DNA of 63,894 nucleotides, the filler included, from Collodictyon triciliatum (lineage: Eukaryota), in NCBI GenBank assembly GCA_043381765.1. It is 5 parts of 5 records of this genome, joined end to end, with 100 filler letters (N's around TTAATTAATTAA, not from the genome) between each part and the next. Parts side by side here need not be neighbours in the genome. Positions count along the whole stretch, not along the records: positions 18,500 to 35,378 come from JBHJMP010001368.1; positions 35,479 to 59,362 come from JBHJMP010001369.1; positions 59,463 to 61,884 come from JBHJMP010001498.1; positions 61,985 to 63,894 come from JBHJMP010001505.1; 1 more part is not named here. One strand, given 5' to 3'. Positions 24,701 through 63,794 of this stretch are shown piece after piece (positions within the stretch are counted from its first letter, which is position 1; the number at the start of each line of letters is the position of its first letter). Under the pieces are notes generated by a model that was given only the letters and a program-made list of their open reading frames with translations, was not told where the DNA came from and made no database searches. Both the position numbers and the translations under genes were made by a program.

Positions 24701-27700
24701 AACAGAATCATCACCTTCAGGTTTCGAATTAGATACATTACTACATTTCGAGGAGCTAATGTGATATTGAAAGCAATACTAGGATGAGTAATGATTTTCA
24801 TGAAGCTAAATAAAATAAAATAAATTCTTTCTTAATCAGGAGCAATTGAAGGCCTCGCTCAAAGAAATAGCAGACATGANNNNNNNNNNNNNNNNNNNNN
24901 NNNNNNNNNNNNNNNNNNNNNNNNNNNNNNNNNNNNNNNNNNNNNNNNNNNNNNNNNNNNNNNNNNNNNNNNNNNNNNNNNNNNNNNNNNNNNNNNNNNN
25001 NNNNNNNNNNNNNNNNNNNNNNNNNNNNNNNNNNNNNNNNNNNNNNNNNNNNNNNNNNNNNNNNNNNNNNNNNNNNNNNNNNNNNNNNNNNNNNNNNNNN
25101 NNNNNNNNNNNNNNNNNNNNNNNNNNNNNNNNNNNNNNNNNNNNNNNNNNNNNNNNNNNNNNNNNNNNNNNNNNNNNNNNNNNNNNNNNNNNNNNNNNNN
25201 NNNNNNNNNNNNNNNNNNNNNNNNNNNNNNNNNNNNNNNNNNNNNNNNNNNNNNNNNNNNNNNNNNNNNNNNNNNNNNNNNNNNNNNNNNNNNNNNNNNN
25301 NNNNNNNNNNNNNNNNNNNNNNNNNNNNNNNNNNNNNNNNNNNNNNNNGTCGATAATGGGGACGAAAATCAAGAAGATTACTCTGTAGGGTACGATGACT
25401 TCTCTATGTCCATAGAAAGACTATCTTCGTGCGTGAAATCGATTGTTTTCTTCCTACTTGATGAAAAGAAAAGATTGGAGGACGCTATGAAGTCGCAACT
25501 TCAGACACACAGATATTTTTCTCCGATAACTGATGCAGCACCCTCGTCGTAAGTTCTCTGACTTGTGCATGTAATTCGTATGATTTAAAGTGTAAATCTG
25601 AGATTAAGCTACTTGAATAAAAACAAACACATATATTCTACCTCAAAATAGTTGCGCAGGTCATCACATCGAGGAAGTAATAAATGAAAACACTATATTA
25701 AAGGAAAAGATTCAGTCTTTTGAAGCCAGGGGATTCCGAACTCAACAAGAAATGTCACCAGGAAACGAATCATACACAGACAGGAAAGATGAAATTCATA
25801 TAGACGTTGGGTGCAACTCCTATTCAAAAGAGGGAAGCAACCTAATACAAAAATTACCGACAGACTGTGATACCATGTTAGTAATTGGTGGTGAAGGTGC
25901 TATACCTAATCAGTCTGCTGTGATGTTGAAGTATCCTTTCAATACAAAGGAATGTCAATCATCAGTTCTTGAACAGAATCCCTCATTTGATATAAACAGT
26001 ACTGGAACACCACTGATTCACTTTGAAGAATATGAGTTCATGTCAAGGAGACTTCAATGGAGTGAATCCAAACTCGAAGTTCTTCAAGGCCAAATTGAGG
26101 CATGGAAAAAAAAGTATTCAGAAGATGTCATTTTTGTTGAAAAAGTGACCCAGATAGACGAAATAAAATCTGAAACACTCACTATTTTGAAAGAAGAAAT
26201 TGATCGACTACAGTCAAAAACGAAATGTTTACTGGAAGAAAATCATGGTCTGTATCTCTCAAACTTTCATCTAATGCAAGAATTAGATCTAATGGATCGA
26301 AATAATCGAAAATTGGTCCATATCCTTACTGTTTATGAGCATGAGTTAAATGAATCTCTAGAGTTTGCCTATTTTGATAAAATACAGTATGCAAAGTCCA
26401 ACCTTATTGGGTTACACTCTCGAGAAGATGATACAACAAAAAATGAAAGTAAAAGCAGCAGCACAGAACACAGTAGTATCCACGAACAGTCAGATTCTTC
26501 AAGACTCCATATCAGTCAGATGGATTTTCTCTTAAAAAGCGATGTCATGAAAAGCTCTATAGAAGCACCTCCTTCGAGCATGGAGCCTTGCTCATACTTG
26601 GAACACAAAGGACCTGAACTTGTAGAAAAACAGCGGGAATCAATTGAATCGCATCATTCAATACAATTCTCTCATGAGAGCGCAATTAACATGAATATCC
26701 GATCCAAAACGAGTCTCCAAGATTTGGAGAAAGAAACTAGTGTTACAATTAACAGCCTTCAAAAAGAAGTTTGGGAACTGGAATCAAAATCTAAAGATAT
26801 CCAAGAGAACCTTGAACAAGAAATTTCTCTAAAGAGGGCTTTTGAAAAAGAACTTAAATATTACAAGGAAGAAAATCAAAAACTATCATCAGAAATAGGG
26901 AATCTGAAGCTTTCCCTGATTGATCATGAGAGGAAAACTATTTGTTCGGATGAATTCTTCAACAGGATAGGAAGTCTACTTTGTCAGCATGTCACTTCTT
27001 TTCAAAATATGTATTCAAGCATGGAGCTTAAGTATGAAAGACTGCAGCATGGAGCAAATACTTTAGCCAAGCGTATTCCTTTAATTTCAAACAATATTCA
27101 AAAAATAAATCGGCAGCTGACATCAAATAACCTTACACATATGAATTTTTGGAAAAGCACACACACTCTATGTTGCCAACTTTTACCGAAAATGGTGGAG
27201 TTTTACAATACTCTTCCAAAAGAAAGAAATATACGGGCTGTGATGAAAATGGATGTGGCCAATGAGCACAGGAAGTGGCCTACTATGATAAAAACACAGG
27301 TTTCAAATATTGGGACCATGTTTGATGGTGAAGAAAGCTTATCAAACTATCAAGAGAAACTACCTTCAATCATATCTGACCTTATTGAAGCCATATATTC
27401 GTATGCCTTGGATGTAAATGGTTTTATGGATGACATGTCAAAGCACATTTTAAAGCTGAGGACTGAAGAAAACCATATTGGAAAATCACCGGAATGTGCT
27501 GTTTATTTTCCAGAGGATACCATGCCTACTAATGCATCAACCAATCCCGATAATATCATGGCGGTTAGAAACCTGGAAGATATTTGCTTCCAAGAATCTG
27601 ATGACGAGAAGCCCATAAAATCTTACGAAAGGCGAGGAGATGATATGAATTCAACTTCAATTTCATATTCACGAACTGAATCGAGGGGGATATGCAACCA

Positions 27701-29412
27701 TGAATCCTATCGCTCCGCGCTTTTATTAAATTCAAGTGGTGCTCCGGATAGTGAGGGCAGAGAAATTTCTGTCGAGAATGGAAGCTACGCACCAATTGAC
27801 AACACTAGTGGCGCACATGTAATCAAACTCCCGAGTGATGAGCACTCATTTGTCCTTGACATAACTCCTTGCAGTTCTAGTGGCGAAATTGAATTTGGAG
27901 ACGGCGAAAATGATGAAGATTTTATTCTCAGCCAAGAAAGTGGTGAGTCTTAAAATAATTTTATGGCCTATCTCTAGCTATTTTGATATATTATTTTGAA
28001 AATATATAAGCAGAGCATAAAATTGATTTGCCACCGGAGTCACCTTTGTATTCGGATGAGCCTGAGCTATTGGAGTGGGAATCCTTGAAATCAGAATTGG
28101 TTGCAAATAACATACTACACAAGTCCAAGGTTTAATTTATTCTGTGTCTTTTTTTAAAAAAAAATTATTAATCCTCAAAAATATTTCTGATTATATTGTC
28201 TATCTGATTAACTAATAGAACATTCTATTCAATAAAGTGATTAATTACTTTGGTGTAGGAATCTACCCTAATGACTGAGGTATTATCCTCCATAACATGC
28301 TCTCCTCCAAAGGAATCAAGCCCCATTAACCTTGTAAGTTTGATATTTCTTGATAATTGTTTGATACTTCCAAATAAAAAAACCTGAATATTTTCCATAA
28401 TAAAGTATCCTTTTGTGTGCTCTCTTGAGCTTAATAGTATATGGTGTTCTTATACGTAATTATGTGCTTGTTTTTGGCCGTGAAACAAAGTATTATCTCT
28501 CTTTTTTTTTATCTTTATTCGATTCGAAGCAAAGCGTTCTGAAACTTGTTTAACACCACTTATTGAACAAAAGAGGGTGCTTTCTCCGTATGAAAGAATT
28601 CGTGAACGTCTTCAACAACTTGAGCAAGAAATTGTTGTACTTAAACCTATAGTAGACGCAGAGGTCAAATCTCGTCTCTCAAGTGTATCGGGCTCTCTGT
28701 CCTCCAAAAACAGATCAATAAGAATAGTACCAGACAATGGTCACGTGCACGTATGTATATCTTATTTCTAAATTGCCGACCATTTCTATACCTAATTGAT
28801 ATAAACACACAAAAGACTAACCATTAAATGACTTTTCCCACAAGACGAACTCGGGAAGAATTCAAAAGGTATTTTTATTCAATATTACAAGTAAAAGAAA
28901 CTTTTGCGTAATAAATGCTTCTGGAATAAACAGCATTAACATATTGGTGAATCGTCCTCTTTTCAGGTTGCTGGTGAATCAAGTCATGATGGTTCTTTTT
29001 GTAATTTATTTATATCGAATTTGATTATAAACATCCAATACTTATCTTACTTTACATGCGTTTACTCTACTTATCATTCCTTTGCATATAAAATGTAATG
29101 GCAAATGGGTTTATCGCAATTGCTTGTTGATTGCTCATTCCTTTTTCTTTTTCTTAACTCAAAAGATGTATTTGAAGACTTCCCCGAGTTTCAAGGTATG
29201 GGCTCCCTTTCTCTTGGAGATGGAGTCAGTGAAGAAACGGAGGACTATCCAATATCCGCCAAAGAATATCAGGTAATTCTTACAAACACAAAACTACATT
29301 CCCTCGCACAAATCTATCAAACTGCAATTTCTAAAATGGAAAGAAAGAAAAAACATCCGTGTCTCGCTCCTATACCGCCCCTCTCAACCTAATTTTAACG
29401 AAGGTTGATTGA
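21741..29412 (+). CDS. Kinesin with N-terminal motor (kinesin-7/CENP-E-like) and long coiled-coil tail; spans an N gap at 24880-25348
   Basis: VSVYVRARPL, GFNGSIIVYGQTSSGKTHTMFG, VSMLEIYNEVVNDLL, NERSSRSH, LVDLAGSE, HINKSL, SLGGNAQTAIICTITPA. Large tail exon 25652-27942, then phase-consistent small exons to TGA 29410-29412. The first exon(s) at 21741 are inferred. Confidence 0.88.
21826..22150. repeat. Intronic compound pyrimidine microsatellite ((TTTTC)n/(TTTCTC)n)
   Basis: Lies between the donor gtatgc (~21794) and the acceptor tcag (~22167). Confidence 0.92.
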
Positions 29413-29499
29413 CTGGCTCGGACACTCGATACTTCAACTCAAAAAATTATAATAAACCGCTAGTTTCCATTGTCTCGAACAATCATACCATGTATTCAA

Positions 29500-29720
29500 C
29501 ACATCACACCAGATCATAATCACATCACATCATCACACCAGATCATAATCACCACCATCACATCACAACATTATCATAATCACACACTATCATAAACATT
29601 ATCATAATCACCCCATCATCACACCAGATCATAATCACCACAACCACCATCACCACCATCACATCACAACATTATCATAATCACCACATCATCACCATCA
29701 CATCATCACACCACCATCAT
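29500..29720. repeat. Imperfect CAT/CAC-rich minisatellite with six ATCATAATCAC cores
   Basis: Recurring blocks CACACCAGATCATAATCAC and CAACATTATCATAATCAC lie between the kinesin stop and the next gene. Confidence 0.85.
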
Positions 29721-29808
29721 TGCCCAGCGACTCCCCCAAATCGGGTGCTTTCCAAACCTGGATGCATATCACAGCAACCTACTTTCCAACACCGGAATCT
29801 CCCTTCCC

Positions 29809-34949
<5,141 letters not shown>

Positions 34950-35188
34950 TGCGAGAGGCTCGACTTTTGTCTAGATACATATGTTTGCAATGGAGTCAGC
35001 GTTTCTGTTTTCCTTTGCTCTTCACCCTCGGGCGTATCTTAGCACTCCAAAGACCCACGCATAAAATTTTCCCTATTATTTTTGTGTAACACATAAAACT
35101 TTTATCTTTTTTGTTTTTGTTTTTTTATTTTGTTTTGTTTTTTTCTTTTGTTTTTTTCTTTTGTTTTTTTCTTTTGTTTTTTTTTTTT

Positions 35189-35271
<83 letters not shown>

Positions 35272-35378
35272 CTTTTTTTTTTTTCTTTTGTTTTTTCTTT
35301 TGTTTTTTCTTTTGTTTTTTTCTTTTGTTTTTTTTCTTTTGTTTTTTTTCTTTTGTTTTTTTCTTTTGTTTTTTCTTT

Positions 35379-35478
35379 NNNNNNNNNNNNNNNNNNNNNN
35401 NNNNNNNNNNNNNNNNNNNNNNTTAATTAATTAANNNNNNNNNNNNNNNNNNNNNNNNNNNNNNNNNNNNNNNNNNNN
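35379..35478. other. Artificial scaffold linker N44-TTAATTAATTAA-N44
   Basis: Same 100-nt structure, 12-mer at 35423-35434; flanked by a T-rich repeat and by (TCAAAAA)n at 35479-35575. Confidence 0.97.
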
Positions 35479-35619
35479 TCAAAAATCAAAAATCAAAAAT
35501 CAAAAATCAAAAATCAAAAATCAAAAATCAAAAATCAAAAATCAAAAATCAAAAATCAAAAATCAAAAATCAAAAAAATGCAATTTATAAACTACATGTT
35601 CATCTTTATCTCGAAAAAG

Positions 35620-56190
<20,571 letters not shown>

Positions 56191-56892
56191 AGAGAAAATC
56201 ATACGGCGAGCGCATTGTTGTTCCGATTCAACGTATCCCGTTTTTTATTTTTTTATTTTTCCTTCTGAAACAATAAAATAAAATGAATTTTTACCTTTTT
56301 TTCTAAAAAAAAAAAAAAAACCGAAAATTAAGTACTGCAATGTTTGTGTTGGAAAAGGAAAAAGAAAAACACAAGAACTGAAGAAAAGAATGGCAGGAAT
56401 GCTGCGTGGCGAATGTCTGTAATTCGACTCTGCCTTTTCACAGCATGAAATCTCGAGGAGACACTATTCCATATCTCGTATCCATGAATCAGTCGAGAAA
56501 ACTGACGTGCTCAATACAGAAGGCTTTGTCTCCATCCGTTTTTTTTCTTTTTGGTTGTTTTGGTTTTTCCTTTCCGCCAAACTGCCTAATTCGCACGACG
56601 AAACCAGAATTCCACTGTTCCCATCACCGTTGCCCTTTTTAGTAAGCATTTGCCTCTCAGCAGGTGGCAAGTCATACCTGATATGTCGCTTCCATTTCCT
56701 AATTCCGGCTTCCCCATCCATTTTTTTTTTTATTCGCTGAAGTTCCGAAAGAGGAGCGATACTTTGATCAGTTGCTACTTTGTTCCTCGACATGCGCAGG
56801 AATGATGAGAAAAATTGATGTGATACGAAAACGGTGGAGTAATGGTTTCGAAAAAAAAAAAGAAGAGGAAGGAAAAAAAGGTAACAGAAACG

Positions 56893-59268
56893 TCAATCAC
56901 CCGACTCCCTGCGTGTGTGTCCGAGTGTGCTCGGTGATGGGGACGACAGCTTTGAGCGCATAGACTGGATTCGGGTGTGAACAGCTTGATTCATCTCGAT
57001 CAGGTTGTCGAGTCGTTGCTGGTACGAGTCCGAGTGGTTTGCGTCGCTTGCGAATGAGTCTTGTGTCCGGAGGCCGTGGCCTGCAATGCCCGGAGACGTG
57101 GAGCGCCCCAGAAGCGGGGAATGATTCGCGCTACCATGGCTGCAGAGCGGAGTCAGAACAGACGGGCTCACAGATCGGATCTGGAGTTGGGCGGGGTTTA
57201 TGAGCGGCCACTGAGTGTCTCTTGTGAAAGTCTGTGTGCAAATCGTGGGTATTTGTGCAGGGTTGGCTTCTTTGGAACCGTAGAGAGAGAGAGAGGATTG
57301 GAAATAGGAGGAGAAAGTATCTTGCGGACGGGATCCTAGGAGTGGTATTGCTCTATTTGTGACCATGAACCTCGATTGAATCCCGGTGGACACTGCGTCC
57401 TGGGCCATGGGTCTTCTGCATCTGTGCGAGTTGGACTTCCAGAGCTTCCTTTTCCATGATGGTCATGTGGAGCGTAGACCTGGTGGATGTATCGTGATGA
57501 GATTGTGATGGCGAGGGAGATTCTTACTTTAACGTGTGATGGAAATATTGCTGTCGGGGAGGTGCATCGCGGCTTAATATGCATCGATAAACAAGAACTG
57601 TAGGTCTTTTGATTGGAGTGAGGATTCGAAGGAAATACCGGACGTTTTGGCATTCACTCTTCCAATGAGCAACCTCATTGTTCTTTGTCGCCTTTATATG
57701 GGAATAATTTTTTTTTTTTGTTGTTGTTGGTTAAACAGCAGGAACAGCATAGCAACGAATTACATACAGCAACAAAATAGTCAAAAGGGATGAACTTAAG
57801 CAAATCAAAATTAAGCAGTGCGCAGAGATGGATAAAGAACCAGCTCATCCTGGTGTATCATGTCAATGTGCCGAATGCTTTCCACAGCGTGCCTGTGTTC
57901 GAGTTCCAAGCTGTTTAGTTTGATTTCCAAGTCGCGTTGCTTGAGTTTGCACTCACGGTGCTCTCTCTGTGGTATTTGGAGCATAATTTTATTTCAAAAT
58001 GCAACACCAAGTATATACATATATTGAAATGATCGTAAAATGTCGAAATAAAAATAGATGAGGTCGGCGTTATAAGCTTGTATTTACGGAGTAAGAATGC
58101 TCTTCGCATTGTATGGTTTTTATTTTAAAAATGAAAATGTGCATAATACATTTTGTAGGCCCGATTCACTAGCTTCGTCCATCTCGCTCGCTTGTGCGTG
58201 AACCTTCTTTTTCTGCAAGATGACATTTGATAGTTCTTTGTTGATTTCATCCAGCTGTATAACCAGAATATCGACCTGGAAGTTGTCGATGTGCCAAATT
58301 CGCAAAGAAAAACCGATGAGAAGGAAGTAAAGGAAATCCCCCAAATTTGAGAGAATAACGCGTATGAGAAGCACTAAAATACATATAAAAACTTGTCTTC
58401 TTCCTATTATGTAATGAATAATATAATTCAATTAAAAAGACTTCTCCTTGGAGTCGTTCATTCTCAGCCTTTAGTTTTTGCCGTTCGCTTGCTGGGTACT
58501 ATGTAGGACATAATAGACAGTCAGTATGTACGGATTATTGGTGACATCTCATATGCAAGATGCTCTAGTGATTTTTTTTTTCATTCTAGTTGTCGAGCAT
58601 TCATTAACCCATTTATTTCGATGATAGAGATTAAAAATAAAGAAACGGTCAAATCATTAATATGATGTTAACTCACTGTGACATGTAAACTCTTTTCCTG
58701 TGCTTCATCGAACTCTAGAAGCGATTGCTCCAATGCTCTGATTCTTTCTTCGTACTCCACCTTGCTTGCCTTTTAGAATTCAATAAAAAAAAATAATTAA
58801 AACGCAGGTTTCGATATCGTGATTGGGAACAGGAATGCAGGCGATATCCATGAGGTCATAAGGAGGTCATATCAAGGGGACTAAATTGAATGCAGATTGC
58901 GCCAGGAATGTGAAGAAAAGAAAACAGACTTCATATTCACGCAGGTTTTTTTCGCTGGCGGCACAGTATCGTTGGAGTAGCATTTCCTGTTCGCTGTACT
59001 TGGCTGACAGATCCTCAAAATCTCGTTTAATCTCTGCGACTGATTCCCTGCTCGAGATAATTCAGTGCACATAGGAGAGAAAAAGTCTGGAAAAAAATGG
59101 AGCGTGTGGAAAGACTCACAAGACCAGCAGCAGAGCTCGGTCGACTTCACTCCAGCTTGTGTGCTTTTGGAGGTACTCAGGAAGTTGCGACCGCGCCTTG
59201 GAATATGCTTGTTGGAACACAAGTGCGTTGAACTCTACGAAGCTGAAAGGCGAGTCTGAATCGTCCAT
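56893..59268 (-). CDS. Multi-exon coiled-coil protein of unknown function
   Basis: ATG at 59268 (MDDSDSPFSFVEFNALVFQQAY..). Phase-consistent exons: LESVAEIKRDFEDLSAKY.., ASKVEYEERIRALEQSLLE.., ERQKLKAENERLQGE, VDILVIQLDEINKELSN.., KLKQRDLEIKLNSLELEH... The C-terminus is probably ..YQQRLDNLIEMNQAVHTRIQSMRSKL..ESGD*. No family recognised, and the last junctions are uncertain. Confidence 0.72.
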
Positions 59269-59362
59269 CTTTTGCCGCCTCTATTGTTGGGCCACTTAAA
59301 AAACAAAAAAAACAAAACAAAAAAACAAAAAAACAAAAAAACAAAAAAACAAAAAAACAAAA

Positions 59363-59462
59363 NNNNNNNNNNNNNNNNNNNNNNNNNNNNNNNNNNNNNN
59401 NNNNNNTTAATTAATTAANNNNNNNNNNNNNNNNNNNNNNNNNNNNNNNNNNNNNNNNNNNN
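59363..59462. other. Artificial scaffold linker N44-TTAATTAATTAA-N44
   Basis: 12-mer at 59407-59418. Confidence 0.97.
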
Positions 59463-59822
59463 ACAAGCCGTGTGCAGCAAATCCCCCCCCCCCCCCCCCT
59501 CCCAAAAGAAAAAGAAAGGTTCATAGTCTTATGATATTTTTTTCCATCAATATTCTATTGATATTACAATCTATTCCTGTTTCAAACATTCTTTTTATTT
59601 TTTTGTATTTCTTTATTTATATAAATTTATTTATTTATTTTTGCTTTGAGCTCGTATATCACGTCATGTGCAACATTAGTGCTAGGCTCTGTCGTGGCCC
59701 GGAAAAATAATGAGTTCCTAATCACAAAAATAAGGCACCGGGCAGATTTGCTTCTATTTGACTGACGAAGAAATATTCTCATTTTGATTAATATTTTCAT
59801 ATTCAGAATATTAAATAACAAG

Positions 59823-61400
59823 GAATTAAAAATATGGCTGGAAAGCTATATTCCCATCCACGAGTTACCCGGTATTATTACAAAGAGTTATACCAGAGAG
59901 AAAAAAACAATGGGGATATTGCTTGAGTGGTTTTCATTAGCACTTGGCCTTTTTTGATTGATTTCAATTCAGAAAACTTTGAAGAATCTTGTCTTTCAGC
60001 AGCTGATGATAACTTACTATTATATTTCAAGAATTTTTAAATTGAAAAGATTAATGGGATTCTATATTTTTGTAGGTAATAGAACCTCAATATGTTTCAT
60101 CTGGTTTGAATTCGCATTTCTAATTGAGCCAAGTGTCTTGGGTATTGCAGAATTTTGATCAACGAATATAAATAAATATTTTGTTCGATTATTTTTAAAC
60201 CTTGTGAACATATTCGATGATACAAGATTAATTTTATATATTCTAGCAAACCTATTTGCATCATCTCGTTTTCATTACATGTCAACTGAATCTGCTGCCC
60301 ATTCTTTCCATTCGAACTAGATGAGATGACAAGCTGATCGATACATGTTAACTTCGATGCAGTGGTTTTATGAGCTCAGATTTGAAAATATTGCATCGTA
60401 TTTTTTCCCTCAATCTTCGCGGAAGCCAATACTACCACACAATAGTTTGGTTGTCTGTGGGATACTTGATTTGTGGTGTAGCTACATTACATCTAATTGA
60501 TTTATTTGGACTATCAACTGGAGTCAGGAAATGAGAGCCACATTCTTTTATTTTAACTAAAAACTAGTTCATCTGGGCACTTTTTGAAAGTTTGGTGGGG
60601 ATGGAGTAAACGCAAGGAGTATCATTCAATTCTCCTTACCGTCTATTTTTAAGTTTATTTTTCATAGGACAACTTGGATGTCGAGCCTATGAAAAAGAGC
60701 TTCTACCGGCATTGTTTCTTTTAGTCTCTTGATCAATAGACTTCAAGCTTCTTTAGATTACACAAATTATATGATTATCGGTGCCAGGAGCTCACCAGAA
60801 ACATTCATTACTGCCTTCCCTTTCTTTATATTTTTAAATTTTTTTCGGTGCGCTTAAATTGAATTATCATGTCATTATGTATTGAAATGTTTTTCTGAAT
60901 ATTATTATCCATATATCCGTGGTGTCTAGAATTGGTTTTGAGCCTTGTAGTTCACTTTCTTAGCCAAGGCAACACCCACGAGATTGCCTTACCTATATAG
61001 CCTCAGAAATACGGATTATGGGAATTTACAATTTTTATCAAAGGATTTTCATGCACAGCAATAAAAATGAAAAGAAAAATGTAACAGAGCTGTTTCTCTT
61101 TTCGGTGCTCATTATCGCTTCTTTATTGATGCTTGCTGAGAAGAACAAAAAAAAAAAATGTGTTGCTCTTACGGACATGGCTTTCCTGTATTCATAGATG
61201 GATGATATTTAGTTTGAGCATTCACTTTACTTTGAGCATCTTTCGATTTTCTACATAATTTTTCGTAGTATCGCCCATAAAACTGTGCCTTTCCGATGAC
61301 AATTTACAAACCAAAGATGGCGTTGCTTTCTTGCTGCACCCTGCCTTTTCTTTAGGCTTGCGCCCTCTGTGCGTTGTTGGAAACGCTGTTGGCGACAGTT
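59823..61400 (+). CDS. Probable internal exons of an unidentified, possibly membrane, protein gene
   Basis: A series of ag|...|gt-bounded, less AT-rich blocks (ELKIWLESYIPIHELPGII.., TSICFIWFEFAFLIEPSVL, FIWALFESLVGM, ELFLFSVLIIASLLMLAEK). I could not build a fully phase-consistent model. Confidence 0.35.
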
Positions 61401-61884
61401 GAATATGCTAAATATGGAAAATATAAATGTTTGCTTAAGTTTGAGACATATAGTCTTAAATTCATTTTTAAAAAAATTCTACTGTTCAAAAGGGTTATTA
61501 TTGTGCAACTATTGCGAAAAGTGGTAAGTGTGTTGGGAATTCCGGGAATAATGCCATTCCATTCTTGCAATCCTATCTCCCACACCAATCAGCTAATTAT
61601 GGCATGAACTCTCACGTCCATTCACCACATCGCGCCAATCCTATATATACCCCACTCCCATAGCAACATCCAAACCCGCACAAATATCCGCGACCGCATC
61701 AGCTTCGAAATCGTTCCAAGGGTGACGAGCACAGAGAATCAGGACGACACACGGCCGATCTCAAGCGCGCAAGAGCTGAAGAAAAAAGAAAGAAAAAGAA
61801 AGAAAAAGAAAGAAAAAGAAAGAAAAAGAAAGAAAAAGAAAGAAAAAGAAAGAAAAAGAAAGAAAAAGAAAGAAAAAGAAAGAA

Positions 61885-61984
61885 NNNNNNNNNNNNNNNN
61901 NNNNNNNNNNNNNNNNNNNNNNNNNNNNTTAATTAATTAANNNNNNNNNNNNNNNNNNNNNNNNNNNNNNNNNNNNNNNNNNNN
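61885..61984. other. Artificial scaffold linker N44-TTAATTAATTAA-N44
   Basis: 12-mer at 61929-61940. Confidence 0.97.
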
Positions 61985-62168
61985 AAAAAAAAAGAAAAAA
62001 AAGAAAAAAAATTTTAATATAATAAAAAAAAAAAGGGGGGGGGGGGGGGGGGGAAGAAAAGAAGAATACATTCTACCCTATATGAATTCTTCTATTTGTA
62101 ATAAACTGATACAAATAAAACATAAAATACATACATCATTCAATTATTCCTCAATGAATTTTTTCTAG

Positions 62169-63670
62169 TGTGGCATTATTCACCATGAGTTCTGTTTGTG
62201 GTTTCATCGGCTCTACATCTCTGATGGTTTTGTGGTCCTTTTGTGCGGAATATCCGTCCACATACACGACAGCCGTATCCATAGGTCTAGGTATTTAGAA
62301 CATAGCTCGTTCTCTTTTAATTTCTATCTTCAAAGGAACAATAATACTTAATTAATTTTCTGTCATGACAAGGATTATGCGCGGGATACATATATCCTTT
62401 TATATTCGTTCTCTTTTTCTCCTTTTCGCTTTTTCATTTGTCTATTCATCATTTTTAATTCGATATGTTACGAAGGACTTGGCGGAATCATCCCTGTCGC
62501 CATCGACGGAATTCAATCGTTTTTTGACTCTGATAGTGCTACTCAGATACCTATATTCTTCGCATGCCTTCTCTTCATTAATTTTTGCAGTGGACTAGCT
62601 TTCTTGTAAGAAATCCTACGAAACACAGATTTTTCATTTCAAATCAGAGCTGATTCAGTCAAATATGTGTATATAGTGTTAAAATTACACATATCTATCA
62701 TACTAGGCGAGTATCTACGGCGTACCATACTCCATATCTTGTAACTAATTGTCATTCACTAGAATTAAGACATAATATTTAAATCCTCTTACAATTCAGA
62801 CCACACGATAATTATATACATGTGATTGATTATTACTGGATGATGGGAATCAAAAAGGTTCATCATTTCTTTTCACTTAAAAAATTCTGATAAAGCAGTT
62901 TGATTCATATGTCGAGGTTAACCAGCAAAATCAAATCAGTGTAAGTTTTTCCCGTGCATAGTTAGTAAACAAAGTATCTCGTAGAAGATTAATAATTGAA
63001 CAAACTTAGAGTCGCCTCGGTTTTATTTTAATATATTCATTTATGTCTCTCATGACCCCGCAGCAAATAGAAATTATCAAGTTGAATAAGGCGCTCATCT
63101 TACATCAAGCGTGGAATAATATGCTGACCTTTTGCATTTTCCCTGGATTTCAGCCGTAACCTCACAATTATTTTTCTTTGAAAACTAATGATAACAAAAG
63201 CAGTGTTTCAGTTGGACAATTATAATATTTCGACGGTTTAAATTATTTTTTATTTTTTTTACTTAGTTATTTATCCAAGGGCCCATCAAGCGAAATTCAA
63301 ATCCTAACGTGGGTCTTTTTGATGAGTAAGTTTTACTTTAGATGGTAATAAATGAGAAAAATTGAAAGATAGTGTGTAACATTATGCTGGAATATATACT
63401 CATTTGGTATTCTCGCGGTTTGGCCCTCATATTTATGGCAGTGCTTGTGAGATAAATATATATAAACGGATCTCATAATATTTTAGTTTGGAGTTACACC
63501 GTCTTCTCCCTGATATTTTTCCCTTTAATACAGACTTACAAATTTTCCAGTATTTTTGTCAAATTGGCTGGGTTAATTAATTAACCACATATTTGTGCAG
63601 GCAATATCTTTGGCCGTGCAATCTCATCCAAAGTTCACTATAAAAACCCACTCTTGTTCAACTTGCTTCA
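62169..63670 (+). CDS. Partial multi-exon membrane transporter, SLC52 riboflavin-transporter / ENT-like
   Basis: VALFTMSSVCGFIGSTSLMVLWSFCAEYPSTYTTAVSIGLG|LGGIIPVAIDGIQS resembles SLC52 CTSSVTFLPF..YLTTFFVGEGLSGLLP. Also HQAWNNMLTFCIFPGFQP|Y and GNIFGRAIS. Both ends are missing. Confidence 0.55.
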
Positions 63671-63794
63671 GTCAGCAATAGGAACTTATCTGATTGTGGA
63701 AGGTTAAAAATTCACCTAATGTCGCGAATGAAAAAATAAATTAATAGGAAAGATGATTCAGACTCCATATCATCCTTCCTTTGAAGAATCACTT

